Shown one piece after another: positions 1 through 9,829 of a DNA stretch of 32,000 nucleotides. Within the stretch, counting starts at the first letter, position 1, and every line of letters begins with the position of its first letter. Below the pieces are notes generated by a model. The model worked only from the letters and a program-made list of their open reading frames with translations, did not search any database and was not told the DNA's origin. Source of the stretch: Candidatus Velamenicoccus archaeovorus (GTDB taxonomy: Bacteria; Omnitrophota; Gorgyraeia; Velamenicoccales; Velamenicoccaceae); NCBI RefSeq assembly GCF_004102945.1, contig NZ_CP019384.1, forward strand, positions 1,942,202-1,974,201. The letters are read 5' to 3'. The position numbers and the translations under genes were made by a program.

Positions 1-780
1 AAATGTCGCTGCGGTCTTATTGGCATCTTGGATGTCGAATTTCGCGATCGCGTCCTTGAGCGCAATGATCTCCTGGTTGTTGCCGGGAGACCAACCCAGA
101 AGCATAAGATAGTTCACCAGGGCCCCCGAGAGAAACCCCATGGACCTGTATTCGCTGATGGCGGTAGCGCCTGCGCGCTTGGACATGCGGCCGCCTCCAG
201 CGCCCAGGATCATGGGGATATGGGCGAACTTCGGCAAAGGATACCCCAAGGCTTCGTAGAGCACGACCTGTTTAGGCGTATTGGAGATATGGTCGTCCCC
301 GCGGATGATATGCGTGATCTGCATGGCGGCGTCGTCCACGACGCAGGCGAAATTGTAGGTGGGCGACTGGTCGGACTTGATCAGGACCTGGTCCTTGATG
401 AGCCCCGTGTCGAACGTGATCTTGCCGTGGATCATGTCGTCGATCTCAAGTGTTTTTTGGGGCATCCGGAAGATCACCGCCCCAGAGCCGTCTTCGGCCT
501 TGTAGGCGAGACCGGCATCCAGCAGCTTTTGGGCCACCTGGCGGTAGATGTCAAAGCGCTGACTCTGGTAATGCAGTTCATCCCAGTCAAGGCCCAGCCA
601 CTTGAGGGAAAAAAGGATCTCTTCGAGGTATTCTTTTTTTGACCGCGCCTGGTCGGTATCTTCGATGCGCAGAACAAAAGACCCCCCTTGCGCGCGGGCA
701 TAAAGCCAGTTGAACAAGCAAGTCCGCGCCCCGCCGATATGCAAGTATCCCGTCGGACTCGGTGCAAATCTCACACGCAT
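1..780 (-). CDS. gltX: glutamyl-tRNA synthetase, N-terminal 260 codons (open to the window edge)
   Basis: Absent from the ORF track because it runs off the edge. My minus-strand translation from the ATG at 780 reads MRVRFAPSPTGYLHIGGARTCLFNWLYARAQGGSFVLRIEDTDQARS...THIIRGDDHISNTPKQ...GGGRMSKRAG. It carries class I HIGH-type (YLHIGG) and KMSKS-type (RMSKR) motifs. The plus ORF 28..642 is its antisense shadow. Confidence 0.93.
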   Translation of the reverse strand, partial: MRVRFAPSPTGYLHIGGARTCLFNWLYARAQGGSFVLRIEDTDQARSKKEYLEEILFSLKWLGLDWDELHYQSQRFDIYRQVAQKLLDAGLAYKAEDGSGAVIFRMPQKTLEIDDMIHGKITFDTGLIKDQVLIKSDQSPTYNFACVVDDAAMQITHIIRGDDHISNTPKQVVLYEALGYPLPKFAHIPMILGAGGGRMSKRAGATAISEYRSMGFLSGALVNYLMLLGWSPGNNQEIIALKDAIAKFDIQDANKTAATF

Positions 781-833
781 GACAATCACTCCGTTCGTTG
801 AGACGCCTTTGTCCCGCCAGAGAACTTTGTTCT

Positions 834-1385
834 CTAGCGGGATTTGTTTAGTTTTTGTGCAAAGAAAAAACCCTCTTCCAGGGCCCTCTTGTTGATGGCG
901 ACTAAATTCGGCCTGTGCGCCAGGACCTCCTCGATGGATTTCTCCATCGTCGAGAGGGCAATGATCTTTTTGAGGCCCAGATAAACACCGATGGCGATCG
1001 TGTTGGCCACCTTCTCCAGGCCCAGGTCGATCGCCATCTGCGTCAGGGGGGCCTTGACCACGCGCAGACGCCTGGATGTCCCCAGACACTGAGCCAGCGT
1101 CGCGTTAACCAAAAGAAGTCCTCCGGGCCGCAAGGCCGTGCGGAAACGTTTCAGCGAGGGATCGTTCATGACGATCAAGGAATCCGCCTTTTCGACCATC
1201 GGGGAAGCGATAGGGCCATCGGAGAGCACCACCATGCAATGGGCCGTGCCGCCGCGGACTTCCGCGCCGTATGACGGCAGCCAGGTCGCACTCTTGCCTT
1301 CCCGCAGGGCCGACATGGCAAGGATCTTGCCCATCGCCATGATGCCCTGTCCTCCAAAACCCGCACAAATGATTTTTTCTGTCAT
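834..1385 (-). CDS. 2-oxoacid:ferredoxin oxidoreductase, gamma subunit (Kor/Por/Vor family; substrate not resolvable)
   Basis: 183 aa. The N-terminus MTEKIICAGFGGQGIMAMGKIL is typical of gamma subunits. It is last in a four-gene delta-alpha-beta-gamma set with gaps of 1-6 nt. Confidence 0.85.
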   Translation of the reverse strand: MTEKIICAGFGGQGIMAMGKILAMSALREGKSATWLPSYGAEVRGGTAHCMVVLSDGPIASPMVEKADSLIVMNDPSLKRFRTALRPGGLLLVNATLAQCLGTSRRLRVVKAPLTQMAIDLGLEKVANTIAIGVYLGLKKIIALSTMEKSIEEVLAHRPNLVAINKRALEEGFFFAQKLNKSR

Positions 1386-1391
1386 GGCTGC

Positions 1392-2120
1392 CTACTTAAG
1401 TTTGCCCAGCGGAAAATATTTTACCATCTCTTCGGAAATCCACCGCGCCGCAGCCGCCGGGGTCTTGTCCCAGTATGTCGGGCACATGGAGAGGACCTCG
1501 ACAATAGAAAACCCTTTGTGTTCCATCTGGTTCATGAAAGCGTCTTTGATCGCCCGGCGGGTATTGAGGACCTCTTTGGGCGAGCTGACCGCGGTCCTCT
1601 CGACGGACACCACACCGCTCAAGAACGCCAGCATCTCCGATATCTTCAGGGGATAGCCTTCTGTCGCAGCCTGGCGGCCCCGCGGCGTTGTGGCCGTCTT
1701 CTGGTCCAAGAGCGTCGTCGGCGCCATCTGCCCGCCTGTCATGCCGTACACGGCGTTATTGACAAAAACAACGGTCAGGTTCTCCCCCCGGTTCGCCGCA
1801 TGGATCGTCTCTGCCGTCCCGATGGCAGCCAGATCACCATCCCCCTGATACGTGAAGACGATCTTGTCGGGCTGCACGCGTTTGAGGCCCGTCGCCACGG
1901 CCAAAGCCCTGCCGTGCGCCGCCTCCGCGCAATCAATGTCCCAGTAATCGTAGGCCACGACCGCACACCCGACAGGCGCCACCGCAATAGTGGAGTTCCG
2001 GATACCCAGTTCGTCGATGACCTCTGCCACGAGGCGGTGCAGAATGCCGTGGCCGCAGCCGGGACAGTAATGCGTCACCACATCCGTCAGCGTCTGAGGC
2101 CTTAAATAACTCTTTGCCAT
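1392..2120 (-). CDS. 2-oxoacid:ferredoxin oxidoreductase, beta (TPP-binding) subunit
   Basis: 242 aa with a CPGCGHG cysteine motif and a GDGD...NN.VYGMTGGQ TPP-binding signature. Confidence 0.9.
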   Translation of the reverse strand: MAKSYLRPQTLTDVVTHYCPGCGHGILHRLVAEVIDELGIRNSTIAVAPVGCAVVAYDYWDIDCAEAAHGRALAVATGLKRVQPDKIVFTYQGDGDLAAIGTAETIHAANRGENLTVVFVNNAVYGMTGGQMAPTTLLDQKTATTPRGRQAATEGYPLKISEMLAFLSGVVSVERTAVSSPKEVLNTRRAIKDAFMNQMEHKGFSIVEVLSMCPTYWDKTPAAAARWISEEMVKYFPLGKLK

Positions 2121-2121
2121 C

Positions 2122-3201
2122 CTAGCGCCCCCTTTTTTTCAACGGCGCCGACAGGCACCGGAGGGTCTCTCGCTCGATCTGCGATTCCGTCGGGACGCCG
2201 CCGCCCGACCGGCCGTAAAAAGAAACGGCGGCGCGGCCCTCGACGCTCAAGCGGACGTCTTCGACCATCTGGCCGTAGGACATCTCGACAACAAGGAATT
2301 TTTTGACGCGGCGGCTGAGGTCTGCCAGGCGTTTTGACGGAAACGGCCAGAGCGTAACGGGCCTGAACAAACCGACCCTGCGGCCCTTGGCGCGCAGGCG
2401 GCGGACGACGGCCTCGGCAATGCGCGCCACAGAACCGTAGGCGACCACCGCCATCGTGGCGTCGTCCATGAATGTCTCGGCGTAACGGACTTCCCGCGCG
2501 GCGGCCCGGCGATACTTTTTCTGCAAGACAAGATTGTTCTTCTCGACATCGGGCCGCTTCATGAAGAGCGACCGGACGACGTTCGGCTTGCGGTCCCTGG
2601 CGCCGGTCAGGGCCCATGGTTTTTCGACGGCCGCCGGCGGAGCCAGCTCCTCGTCAAATGTCAACCCCTCCATCATCTGGCCGAGCAAGCCGTCGCTCAG
2701 GACCATGACCGCGATACGATAACGGTCCGCCAGCTCAAAACTCAATCGGGTCAGGTCAAAAGACTCCTGCACGCTGGCCGGCGCCAGAACGATCATATGA
2801 TAATCGCCGTGGCCGCCGCCTTTCGTCGCCTGGAAATAATCCGACTGCGCCGGCCAGATGTTTCCCAGCCCCGGGCCGGCGCGCATGACGTTGATGATCA
2901 CGGCGGGCAATTGGGCCCCTGAAATATAAGAAATCCCTTCCTGTTTAAGGCTGATGCCCGGCGACGAGGAACTTGTCATGACGCGCGCGCCGGCGGCGGA
3001 CGCCCCATAAATCATATTGATGGCAGCGAGCTCCGATTCCGACTGAATAAAGATGCCGCCGCGCCGAGGCAGCTGGTCCGCCATATAAGCGGTCAGTTCA
3101 TTTTGGGGCGTGATGGGGTAACCCGCATAAAATCTCAGGCCGGCGCGGATCGCCGCCTCCCCTATCGCCTCGTTGCCGGAACACAGGATCGTCTTTTTCA
3201 T
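2122..3201 (-). CDS. 2-oxoacid:ferredoxin oxidoreductase, alpha subunit
   Basis: 359 aa. GNEAIGEAAIRAGLRFYAGYPITPQNE is family-typical. Its stop lies 1 nt from the beta-subunit start. Confidence 0.9.
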   Translation of the reverse strand: MKKTILCSGNEAIGEAAIRAGLRFYAGYPITPQNELTAYMADQLPRRGGIFIQSESELAAINMIYGASAAGARVMTSSSSPGISLKQEGISYISGAQLPAVIINVMRAGPGLGNIWPAQSDYFQATKGGGHGDYHMIVLAPASVQESFDLTRLSFELADRYRIAVMVLSDGLLGQMMEGLTFDEELAPPAAVEKPWALTGARDRKPNVVRSLFMKRPDVEKNNLVLQKKYRRAAAREVRYAETFMDDATMAVVAYGSVARIAEAVVRRLRAKGRRVGLFRPVTLWPFPSKRLADLSRRVKKFLVVEMSYGQMVEDVRLSVEGRAAVSFYGRSGGGVPTESQIERETLRCLSAPLKKRGR

Positions 3202-3202
3202 C

Positions 3203-3406
3203 CTATCCCTCTATCTCGATACAGGCATCCGGACACATCACAAAACACATGCCGCAGCCCGTGCAGTTGGCCGGGTCGATGACGACGGCCGGAAAGACGC
3301 CGGCTTCGTTTAAAGTCCCGTCGAGCTTCAGATTTTTCCTGGGGCACCAGACGATACAGAGCTGGCAGCTCTTGCACCTTTGCCTGTTGATCTTCAGTTT
3401 AGCCAT
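3203..3406 (-). CDS. 4Fe-4S ferredoxin-type delta subunit of the oxidoreductase
   Basis: I chose the internal start MAKLKINRQRCKSCQLCIVWCP...CTGCGMCFVMCP, which has two CxxCxxCxxxCP clusters. The 108-aa track ORF would overlap dxs by 118 nt. The chosen ATG sits 5 nt after the dxs stop. Confidence 0.75.
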   Translation of the reverse strand: MAKLKINRQRCKSCQLCIVWCPRKNLKLDGTLNEAGVFPAVVIDPANCTGCGMCFVMCPDACIEIEG

Positions 3407-3411
3407 AACCG

Positions 3412-5298
3412 CTATCTCCCCAGAGCTTCCCGGACGGCCGCCGCAATGCCTTCCGCACAGAGCCCATATTGCTTCAAAAGATCCTTGCGCTTGCCGAATG
3501 TGATGAAGGACACGGGCAAACCCAGGCACTTCACTTTCTTGGCGGATGTGAAGAGACGGCCATCGGCGCGCAAGGCTTCTAAAACACCACTGCCGAAACC
3601 TCCGGCCATAACGCCCTCCTCGACAGTCACAAGGGCCTCGGTCGCGTCATAAAGCTTCAAGACAAGTCCTTCGTCGATGGGTTTGGCAAAACGGGCGTTG
3701 ACAAGCGTCACGCGGACGCCTTCTCTCGAAAGAATGTCCGCGGCATCCACGGCCACATCGACCATACTGCCCAGGGCCAAGATGGTAGCCACCCCGCCGT
3801 CCAGGAGGATCTCCGCCCGGCCCTGACGGACAGGGGCCACGGCAAAATTTTCCCTCCGGCAAGGCGCCGTCCCTCTCGGGTAACGGATCGCCACCGGCGT
3901 CGGACATTCAGAGGCAAACGCCAACATCGCTTCCAGGTCTTCCTTGTCCGCCGGCGCCATGACCGTCATGTTGGGCAGGTGCCTCAAGTAGCTGATATCG
4001 AACATGCCGTGATGCGTCGGGCCGTCTTCGCCGACGATTCCCGCCCTGTCGAGACACAAAACCACGCCAAGATTCTGAAGACATACTTCCTCCACTATCT
4101 GGTCGTAAGCCCTCTGCAGGAATGTCGAGTAAACCGCGACATAAGGCTTGAGGCCGGCCCGGGCCAGCCCTGCGGCAAACCCCACGGCATGCTGCTCGGC
4201 GATCCCGACGTCGAAAAAACGCTCCGGGAAAACCTTGGCAAAAGACGTCAGCCCCGTGCCCTCGGGCATGGCGGCGGTGATCGCCGCGATCTTTTTGTCT
4301 TTTTGCGCCAACGCCTGGAGCGCGGCGCTGAAGACATCCGTAAAACTCGCCTGGGGCTTCTCCTCCGGCGCAGCCACCTCGCCGGAAGCGATGTCAAAAC
4401 AAGTCGTCCCATGGAAACGGACGGGCTGGTTTTCAGCCGGGGCGAACCCCTTGCCTTTTTTGGTGATGACATGCAAAAGAAGCGGTCCCTTGAGATGGGA
4501 GATGTTCTGAAGGGTGTCGATCAAAAGGGTCGTATTGTGACCGTCGAGCGGGCCGAAATACTTGAACCCCATCTCTTCAAAAAAAATCCCGGGGACGATC
4601 AGGCCTTTGAGCAGTTCTTCAAATTTGTCGGCGAGCTTCTGGAGTCTCGGGCCGATCCGGCCGAGGCGTTGTTTTAAAAATGCGTCCCGCGCGTCCTTGA
4701 AACGGTTATAGATGGGTCTGGAAATGATCTTGTTGAGATACGTGCTCAAGGCGCCCACGCTGGGGGCGATCGCCATGTCGTTGGAATTGAGGATGACGAG
4801 CATGTCTTTGCCGAGATGCCCGACGTGGTTAAGGGCCTCAAAACACATACCCCCTGTCAGGGCGCCGTCTCCGACGATCGCGACCACCTTCTCGTGTGTC
4901 TCCCGCAGGTCACGCGCAGCGGCGCAGCCGAACGCCAGGGAAACGGCCGTCGAGCTGTGCCCGGTGGTAAACGGATCGTAAACGGATTCTGTCCTGCAAG
5001 GAAAACCGCTCAGGCCATCCTTTTGCCTGAGGGTATCGAAACGCTCGTTGCGCCCCGTCAAGATCTTGTGCGCATAGGCCTGGTGGCCGACATCCCAGAT
5101 GATGATGTCCTCGGGCGCTTGAAAACAATAATGGACGGCGATGGCCAGCTCGACGGCGCCGAGGCTCGACGCCAAGTGCCCGCCGGTTTTGGAGACGACG
5201 CCGATGATGCGGCTGCGGACTTCCGCAGCCAGCTCCGGCAGCTTGTCCCGGGGGATCTTTTTTAAATCTTGCGGCGAACGGATAGTTTCCAAAAACAT
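3412..5298 (-). CDS. dxs: 1-deoxy-D-xylulose-5-phosphate synthase
   Basis: 628 aa. Family-typical sequence GGHLASSLGAVELAIAVHYCF, GHQAYAHKILTGR, and the transketolase-like GDGALTGGM TPP motif. Confidence 0.95.
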   Translation of the reverse strand: MFLETIRSPQDLKKIPRDKLPELAAEVRSRIIGVVSKTGGHLASSLGAVELAIAVHYCFQAPEDIIIWDVGHQAYAHKILTGRNERFDTLRQKDGLSGFPCRTESVYDPFTTGHSSTAVSLAFGCAAARDLRETHEKVVAIVGDGALTGGMCFEALNHVGHLGKDMLVILNSNDMAIAPSVGALSTYLNKIISRPIYNRFKDARDAFLKQRLGRIGPRLQKLADKFEELLKGLIVPGIFFEEMGFKYFGPLDGHNTTLLIDTLQNISHLKGPLLLHVITKKGKGFAPAENQPVRFHGTTCFDIASGEVAAPEEKPQASFTDVFSAALQALAQKDKKIAAITAAMPEGTGLTSFAKVFPERFFDVGIAEQHAVGFAAGLARAGLKPYVAVYSTFLQRAYDQIVEEVCLQNLGVVLCLDRAGIVGEDGPTHHGMFDISYLRHLPNMTVMAPADKEDLEAMLAFASECPTPVAIRYPRGTAPCRRENFAVAPVRQGRAEILLDGGVATILALGSMVDVAVDAADILSREGVRVTLVNARFAKPIDEGLVLKLYDATEALVTVEEGVMAGGFGSGVLEALRADGRLFTSAKKVKCLGLPVSFITFGKRKDLLKQYGLCAEGIAAAVREALGR

Positions 5299-5304
5299 GG
5301 GCCC

Positions 5305-5523
5305 CTAGGCTTCCTCTTCGAACGGCTTGATTTTGAGCTTGCCGTCTTTTGTCTTGGCAACGACCTCGATCTTCTTCCTCATGCCATCCAAAGTCTTAAG
5401 GCAATGGTCGGCCAGCTTGACGCCTTCTTCAAACTTCTCAATGGACTTTTCCAGCGAAATTTTTTCGGAATGAAGGTCATCGATGATCTTCTCCAGCTTC
5501 TTGAGGCTTTCTTCGAATCCCAT
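5305..5523 (-). CDS. xseB: exodeoxyribonuclease VII small subunit
   Basis: 72 aa. FEESLKKLEKIIDDLHSEKISLEKSIEKFEEGVKL is a typical XseB helix. It lies directly downstream of xseA. Confidence 0.9.
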   Translation of the reverse strand: MGFEESLKKLEKIIDDLHSEKISLEKSIEKFEEGVKLADHCLKTLDGMRKKIEVVAKTKDGKLKIKPFEEEA

Positions 5524-5552
5524 AATGCCCTCGGCGTGTTATTGTTGCATCT

Positions 5553-6680
5553 CTATGCGATGACCTCTTCCACCCGGCTCAGGAACTCCCCTTTTGCGAG
5601 CCGCGTCTTCAACCGGTCCCCTGTTTTCAACTGGTCTGTACGGCGTATGGCCGTGCGGCCGTCCTCGGCCATCGTCACACTATAGCCCCGTCTCAAAATG
5701 GCCAGGGGATTGAGCGCTTCCAGCTCGCGGCAGAAACCGTCAACCTCGAGCTTTTTGGCCTCAAATCTGTTCTGCAGGGCGCGCCGCATCTCCTCGCAAA
5801 GATCGTCGATGTGCTGGCTCTGCTGGGGCACGACGTCGACGAGGCTGCGCCAGAGATGTTTCACCAGCTGATCAATGCGCTCCCGCAGTTCCGTCTCGAC
5901 AGGCATTACCATCTCCGCCGCCGCCGAAGGCGTCGGCGCCCTTTTGTCGGCCACGAAATCGGCAATCGTATAATCCGTCTCGTGGCCGACGGCCGAAACT
6001 ACAGGAATGCCGGACGCAGCGATGGCGCGCGCGACCCGTTCTTCGTTAAAGCTCCAAAGGTCTTCGAGGCTCCCGCCGCCGCGCGCCAAAATGATCACAT
6101 CCGGCTGACCCCATGCGTTGAATTCCTCAACAGCCCGGGCGATCTCTTCGGCCGAGCCCTCCCCCTGCACGCGCACAGGGTTGATGACGACGCGGGCCCG
6201 CGGAAAACGCCTCTCCAAAACCTGGAGGATATCGCGGATGACCGCGCCTGTCGGCGAGGTGACGACGCCGATCGTCTCGGGCAGAAAAGGCAAGGGTTTT
6301 TTACGCGCCTCGTCGAACAACCCTTCCTGGGCCAGCCGGACCTTCAGCTGTTCGAAGGCCATCTGCAAGGCGCCTGTGCCCTTGGGCTGCAGGGTGTCGA
6401 CATAAAGCTGGTACTGGCCGTCACGTCCGTAAACGCCTATGCGGCCCGACGCGACCACGTGCATGCCGTCTGCAAGGGCGCATTTCAGGCGCGCGGCCGC
6501 GTTGCGGAACAAAACGCAGCGCAAAGTGCTCTGGGCGTCCTTCAGGCTGAAATAGCTGTGGCCCGAACCGGGAGAGCGCAGATTGGAAACCTCCCCCTCC
6601 ACCCATACTTCCTGGAAAATATTCTCCAGGACTTCTTTCAAATCATGCGTCAGTTCACTGATCGTCAGGATCTTGGGCAT
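5553..6680 (-). CDS. xseA: exodeoxyribonuclease VII large subunit
   Basis: I chose the internal start MPKILTISELTHDLKEVLENIFQEVWVEGEVSNLR (OB-fold N-terminus). The 50 extra track codons overlap the upstream gene and are Arg/Ser/Pro-rich. Confidence 0.9.
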   Translation of the reverse strand: MPKILTISELTHDLKEVLENIFQEVWVEGEVSNLRSPGSGHSYFSLKDAQSTLRCVLFRNAAARLKCALADGMHVVASGRIGVYGRDGQYQLYVDTLQPKGTGALQMAFEQLKVRLAQEGLFDEARKKPLPFLPETIGVVTSPTGAVIRDILQVLERRFPRARVVINPVRVQGEGSAEEIARAVEEFNAWGQPDVIILARGGGSLEDLWSFNEERVARAIAASGIPVVSAVGHETDYTIADFVADKRAPTPSAAAEMVMPVETELRERIDQLVKHLWRSLVDVVPQQSQHIDDLCEEMRRALQNRFEAKKLEVDGFCRELEALNPLAILRRGYSVTMAEDGRTAIRRTDQLKTGDRLKTRLAKGEFLSRVEEVIA

Positions 6681-7482
6681 CTTCAGTCTTGGGGGCAAAA
6701 TGTTCCTGAATGCGCTCGATACGCACGGCCTTACCCGTGGCCGGGTCAATCTCGATGACGGCGCCATGCAGTTGGATGTCGCCTGTGCCCAGCTCAAATC
6801 TCGTCGGCATCCCTGTGAGAAAGCGCTCAATGATCTTGTCTTTGCTGCGGCCGATCACCGAATCATACGGTCCGGTCATCCCGGCGTCCGTGAGATACGC
6901 TGTGCCGCGGGGCAGGATCTTTTCGTCGGCCGTCTGGATATGCGTGTGCGTGCCCAGGACCGCCGACACCTCTCCGTCCAAAAACCAGCCCATCGCGACC
7001 TTTTCCGACGTCGCCTCCGCATGCAAATCAACGATGATCACAGACGTCTCTTTCCGGAGCACCTTGATCTCTTCCTGGATGATGCGGAACGGCGACTCCA
7101 CCATCGCGTCGATAAAAACGCGGCCCAAAAGACAAATGACGCCCACCTTGGCGCCGGCCTCGGTCTTGAAAACCGTGCTGCCGTGCCCCGGCGTCATCTT
7201 GGGAAAATTCAACGGCCGCAGGATATTGGTCTGGGTATGCAGGAGATCCACGATCTCGGGCCGGCGCCAGACATGATCGCCCGACGTCAGGACATCGCAT
7301 CCCGACTGAAACAGGTCGCGCGCGACGCGCTGCGTGATGCCGGAGCCGCCGGCGGAATTTTCGGCATTGGCGATGACCACATCGATGCCGCGGGCCTTGC
7401 GCAAGCCAGGCAGGAGCCCTTTGACGGCGGCGCGGCCCGGAGAACCGACAATATCACCGATAAATAAGATTTTCATAAACAA
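6655..7482 (-). CDS. ymdB: YmdB-type metallophosphoesterase (TIGR00282-like 2',3'-cyclic-nucleotide phosphodiesterase)
   Basis: MKILFIGDIVGSPGR...VIANAEN..GG.GIT is family-typical. The start may be the second ATG at 7476. The rny-ymdB adjacency matches Bacillus subtilis. Confidence 0.88.
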   Translation of the reverse strand: MFMKILFIGDIVGSPGRAAVKGLLPGLRKARGIDVVIANAENSAGGSGITQRVARDLFQSGCDVLTSGDHVWRRPEIVDLLHTQTNILRPLNFPKMTPGHGSTVFKTEAGAKVGVICLLGRVFIDAMVESPFRIIQEEIKVLRKETSVIIVDLHAEATSEKVAMGWFLDGEVSAVLGTHTHIQTADEKILPRGTAYLTDAGMTGPYDSVIGRSKDKIIERFLTGMPTRFELGTGDIQLHGAVIEIDPATGKAVRIERIQEHFAPKTEDAQDPDDQ

Positions 7483-7603
7483 CTATTGGTGTGTCGACGT
7501 ATCAAACGATCAGGGTGTCGGAGTTAAAACTTTTCAACCGCAACCTTTTCCTGTTCAATTGTCATCTTTCTCTGACACTATGACTCTCTGATACCGTCTT
7601 TTC

Positions 7604-9178
7604 TTATTTTGCGTATTCAATCGCACGCGTTTCGCGGATCACCGTGACTTTGATCTGCCCCGGGTATTCCATGCCTTCCTCGATCTTCTTGCGGATGTCG
7701 CGCGCCAGGACCGTGGTGTCGGTATCGTTGATCTTCTCCGGCTGCACGATGACGCGGATCTCGCGCCCCGCCTGGATCGCAAACGATTTCTCAACGCCCT
7801 TGAAGACATTGGCGATGGATTCCAGCTTTTCCAGGCGCTTGACGTAGGTCTCCAGCGTCTCGCGCCGTGCGCCCGGCCGGGCCGCGCTGATGGCGTCGGC
7901 GGCGGCGGCCAGAACGCCGTAGAGGCTGGTCTTCTCGACCTCTTCATGGTGCGCCTCGATGCCCTGCACGACGATGTCCGTCTCGCCGAACTTGCGCGCC
8001 ATCTCGGCGCCGAGCTTGGCGTGGGTGCCTTCGACCTGTTGATCCAGCGCCTTGCCGATATCATGCAGGATGCCGATGCGTCGAGCGACTTTGGAATCAA
8101 GGTCCAGCTCGTCGGCCATGACACCCATGAGAAGCGCCACTTCCTTGGAATGCTGCAGGGCGTTCTGCCCGAAACTCGTCCGGTATTTCAGGCGGCCGAT
8201 CATCTTGACCAACTCCGGATGGACGCCGTGCACCCCGATATCAAAAAGGACTTTTTCACCCTCTTCCTTGATCTTGACCTCCATCTCCTTCTTGACCTTC
8301 TCAACCACCTCTTCGATGCGGCCGGGATGGATACGTCCATCGGAAATAAGACGCTCCAGCGAGATCCTGGCGACCTCGCGGCGCACGGGGTCGAACCCCG
8401 ACAGCATGACCGCTTCCGGCGTATCATCGATAATCACATCGATACCTGTTGCCATCTCGAAGGCGCGGATATTGCGGCCTTCCCGGCCGATGATCCGCCC
8501 TTTCATCTCATCGGAAGGCAAGGACACAAGGCTCACCGTAGACTCCACGGCGTGCTCGACCGCGCAGCGCTGGATCGCATGCGCGACGATCTCGCCGGCC
8601 TTCTTGTCGGCCGTTTCCTTGATCTCGTCTTCCGCCTTCTTGATAAGGACGGCCTTCTCCCTGTTAAGCTCCCCGTCGAGACGGGACAACAAAAGCACCT
8701 TCGCTTCTTCGGGAGACATGTTGGAAATCTTGTGCAACCTCTCTTTTTCCTCGGCCAGGAGCTTGTTCAATTCGTCTTCCTTGGCCCTGAGCGCCCCTTC
8801 CTGGTTTTTGATCTGGTGCGTCTTATCGTCGAGTTCCCGCTCCTTCTTCTCCAAAAGATCCACGCGGCGCTCGAGATTCGTCTCGCGCAACGCCATGCGT
8901 TTCTCCAGGGTTGCGATTTCTTCGCGGCGCTCCTTAGTCTCTTTTTCAAAATCCTGACGCATCCGCAAAAGCTGGTCTTTAGCATTCAGGTCGGCTTCCT
9001 TGCGGATCGTTTCCACCTCTTTTTTGGCGCCGTCGATGATCGCCTTCGCCTCGAGGTGGGCGTTCTTTATCTTCTGCTCCCCCATCGCCCGGCGAAGGAT
9101 GAAATACAGAAAAACGAGGACCGAGCCGGCGACGAGAAAAACAGCTGCCATGACGAATACGTTATTTCCTGTGGACAT
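7604..9178 (-). CDS. rny: ribonuclease Y
   Basis: 524 aa with an N-terminal TM helix, a long Lys/Glu coiled coil, a KH region ([15 protein letters not shown]) and an HD domain (LHDIGKA). AGGAGGGG precedes the ATG. Confidence 0.95.
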   Translation of the reverse strand: MSTGNNVFVMAAVFLVAGSVLVFLYFILRRAMGEQKIKNAHLEAKAIIDGAKKEVETIRKEADLNAKDQLLRMRQDFEKETKERREEIATLEKRMALRETNLERRVDLLEKKERELDDKTHQIKNQEGALRAKEDELNKLLAEEKERLHKISNMSPEEAKVLLLSRLDGELNREKAVLIKKAEDEIKETADKKAGEIVAHAIQRCAVEHAVESTVSLVSLPSDEMKGRIIGREGRNIRAFEMATGIDVIIDDTPEAVMLSGFDPVRREVARISLERLISDGRIHPGRIEEVVEKVKKEMEVKIKEEGEKVLFDIGVHGVHPELVKMIGRLKYRTSFGQNALQHSKEVALLMGVMADELDLDSKVARRIGILHDIGKALDQQVEGTHAKLGAEMARKFGETDIVVQGIEAHHEEVEKTSLYGVLAAAADAISAARPGARRETLETYVKRLEKLESIANVFKGVEKSFAIQAGREIRVIVQPEKINDTDTTVLARDIRKKIEEGMEYPGQIKVTVIRETRAIEYAK

Positions 9179-9265
9179 TGCTTGCCCCTCCTATCACGAA
9201 CCCGCTTTGACGAACATGCATGCGGGATTGTCGGGCCGGAATTCATGATGCGCCGGCGCCTCAAG

Positions 9266-9829
9266 TTAAGCAAAAAGGACCGTCGTGACGGAAAGATCGT
9301 GAGGCTCGAGAGGCGGGAAATCCTCGAGGATCTGAAAAGCGAAGGCAAGACCGACAGTCGGCACGTCCTTGGGAAGACGACCCAGGAACCTATCGTAATA
9401 TCCGTGGCCCCGGCCCAGCCGATTGCCGGCCCTGTCAAAGGCCAGGCCCGGCACGATCACCAGGTCAATATCGTTCAACCCCACAGGTCGGATATATTCT
9501 TCTTTGGGATGGCGGATGCCGAACGGACCGCACGTCAATTCGGCATCGTAATCCACAAGGAGCGACGGCACGATATCGCGCGTCTCCCTGCGGATCACGG
9601 GAACCGCAACCCTTTTGCCTTGCTTCATGGAATCTCTGATCATGCTCACTGTATCTACTTCTCCGTCGAGCGAAAGGTAAAACAGGACCGTTTTTGCTTT
9701 TAAGTAGTGCTTCAACGAAAAAAGCTTTTTGGCAATCTCCCTGCTTTTCCTAAACCTGTCTTCCTCCTTATGGCTTTTCAGCTTTTTTAACAACTCCAGC
9801 CTTATTCTCTTCTTCTTCTCTTGGATCAT
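9266..9829 (-). CDS. 5-formyltetrahydrofolate cyclo-ligase
   Basis: 187 aa. The C-terminal signature GLAFDRAGNRLGRGHGYYDRFL is typical of the MTHFS/YgfA family. Confidence 0.88.
   Translation of the reverse strand: MIQEKKKRIRLELLKKLKSHKEEDRFRKSREIAKKLFSLKHYLKAKTVLFYLSLDGEVDTVSMIRDSMKQGKRVAVPVIRRETRDIVPSLLVDYDAELTCGPFGIRHPKEEYIRPVGLNDIDLVIVPGLAFDRAGNRLGRGHGYYDRFLGRLPKDVPTVGLAFAFQILEDFPPLEPHDLSVTTVLFA

Noticed and set aside
3203-3529. N-terminally extended versions of track ORFs: 3203..3529, 5553..6830, 10011..10460, 11276..12880, 16988..18541, 19290..20060, 20441..20665, 23018..23572, 24786..25019 and 25843..26745.
   Set aside because: The extensions overlap the upstream gene or structured spacers, are compositionally odd, and precede internal starts. 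Those internal starts match family N-termini and have an SD or stop-start overlap, so the shorter starts were used.
7946-9703. Long plus-strand ORFs: 585 aa here, and similarly 13074..14351 (425 aa), 18795..20033 (412 aa), 5811..6758, 6583..7467, 14418..15248, 17291..18157, 25789..26589 and 28..642.
   Set aside because: Each lies antisense to a minus-strand gene with unmistakable family sequence (rny, pheT, trkA, xseA, ymdB, trkH, yicC, gltX). Their products are Arg/Asp/Leu/Gly-rich and low in complexity, as expected for shadow ORFs in GC-rich DNA.
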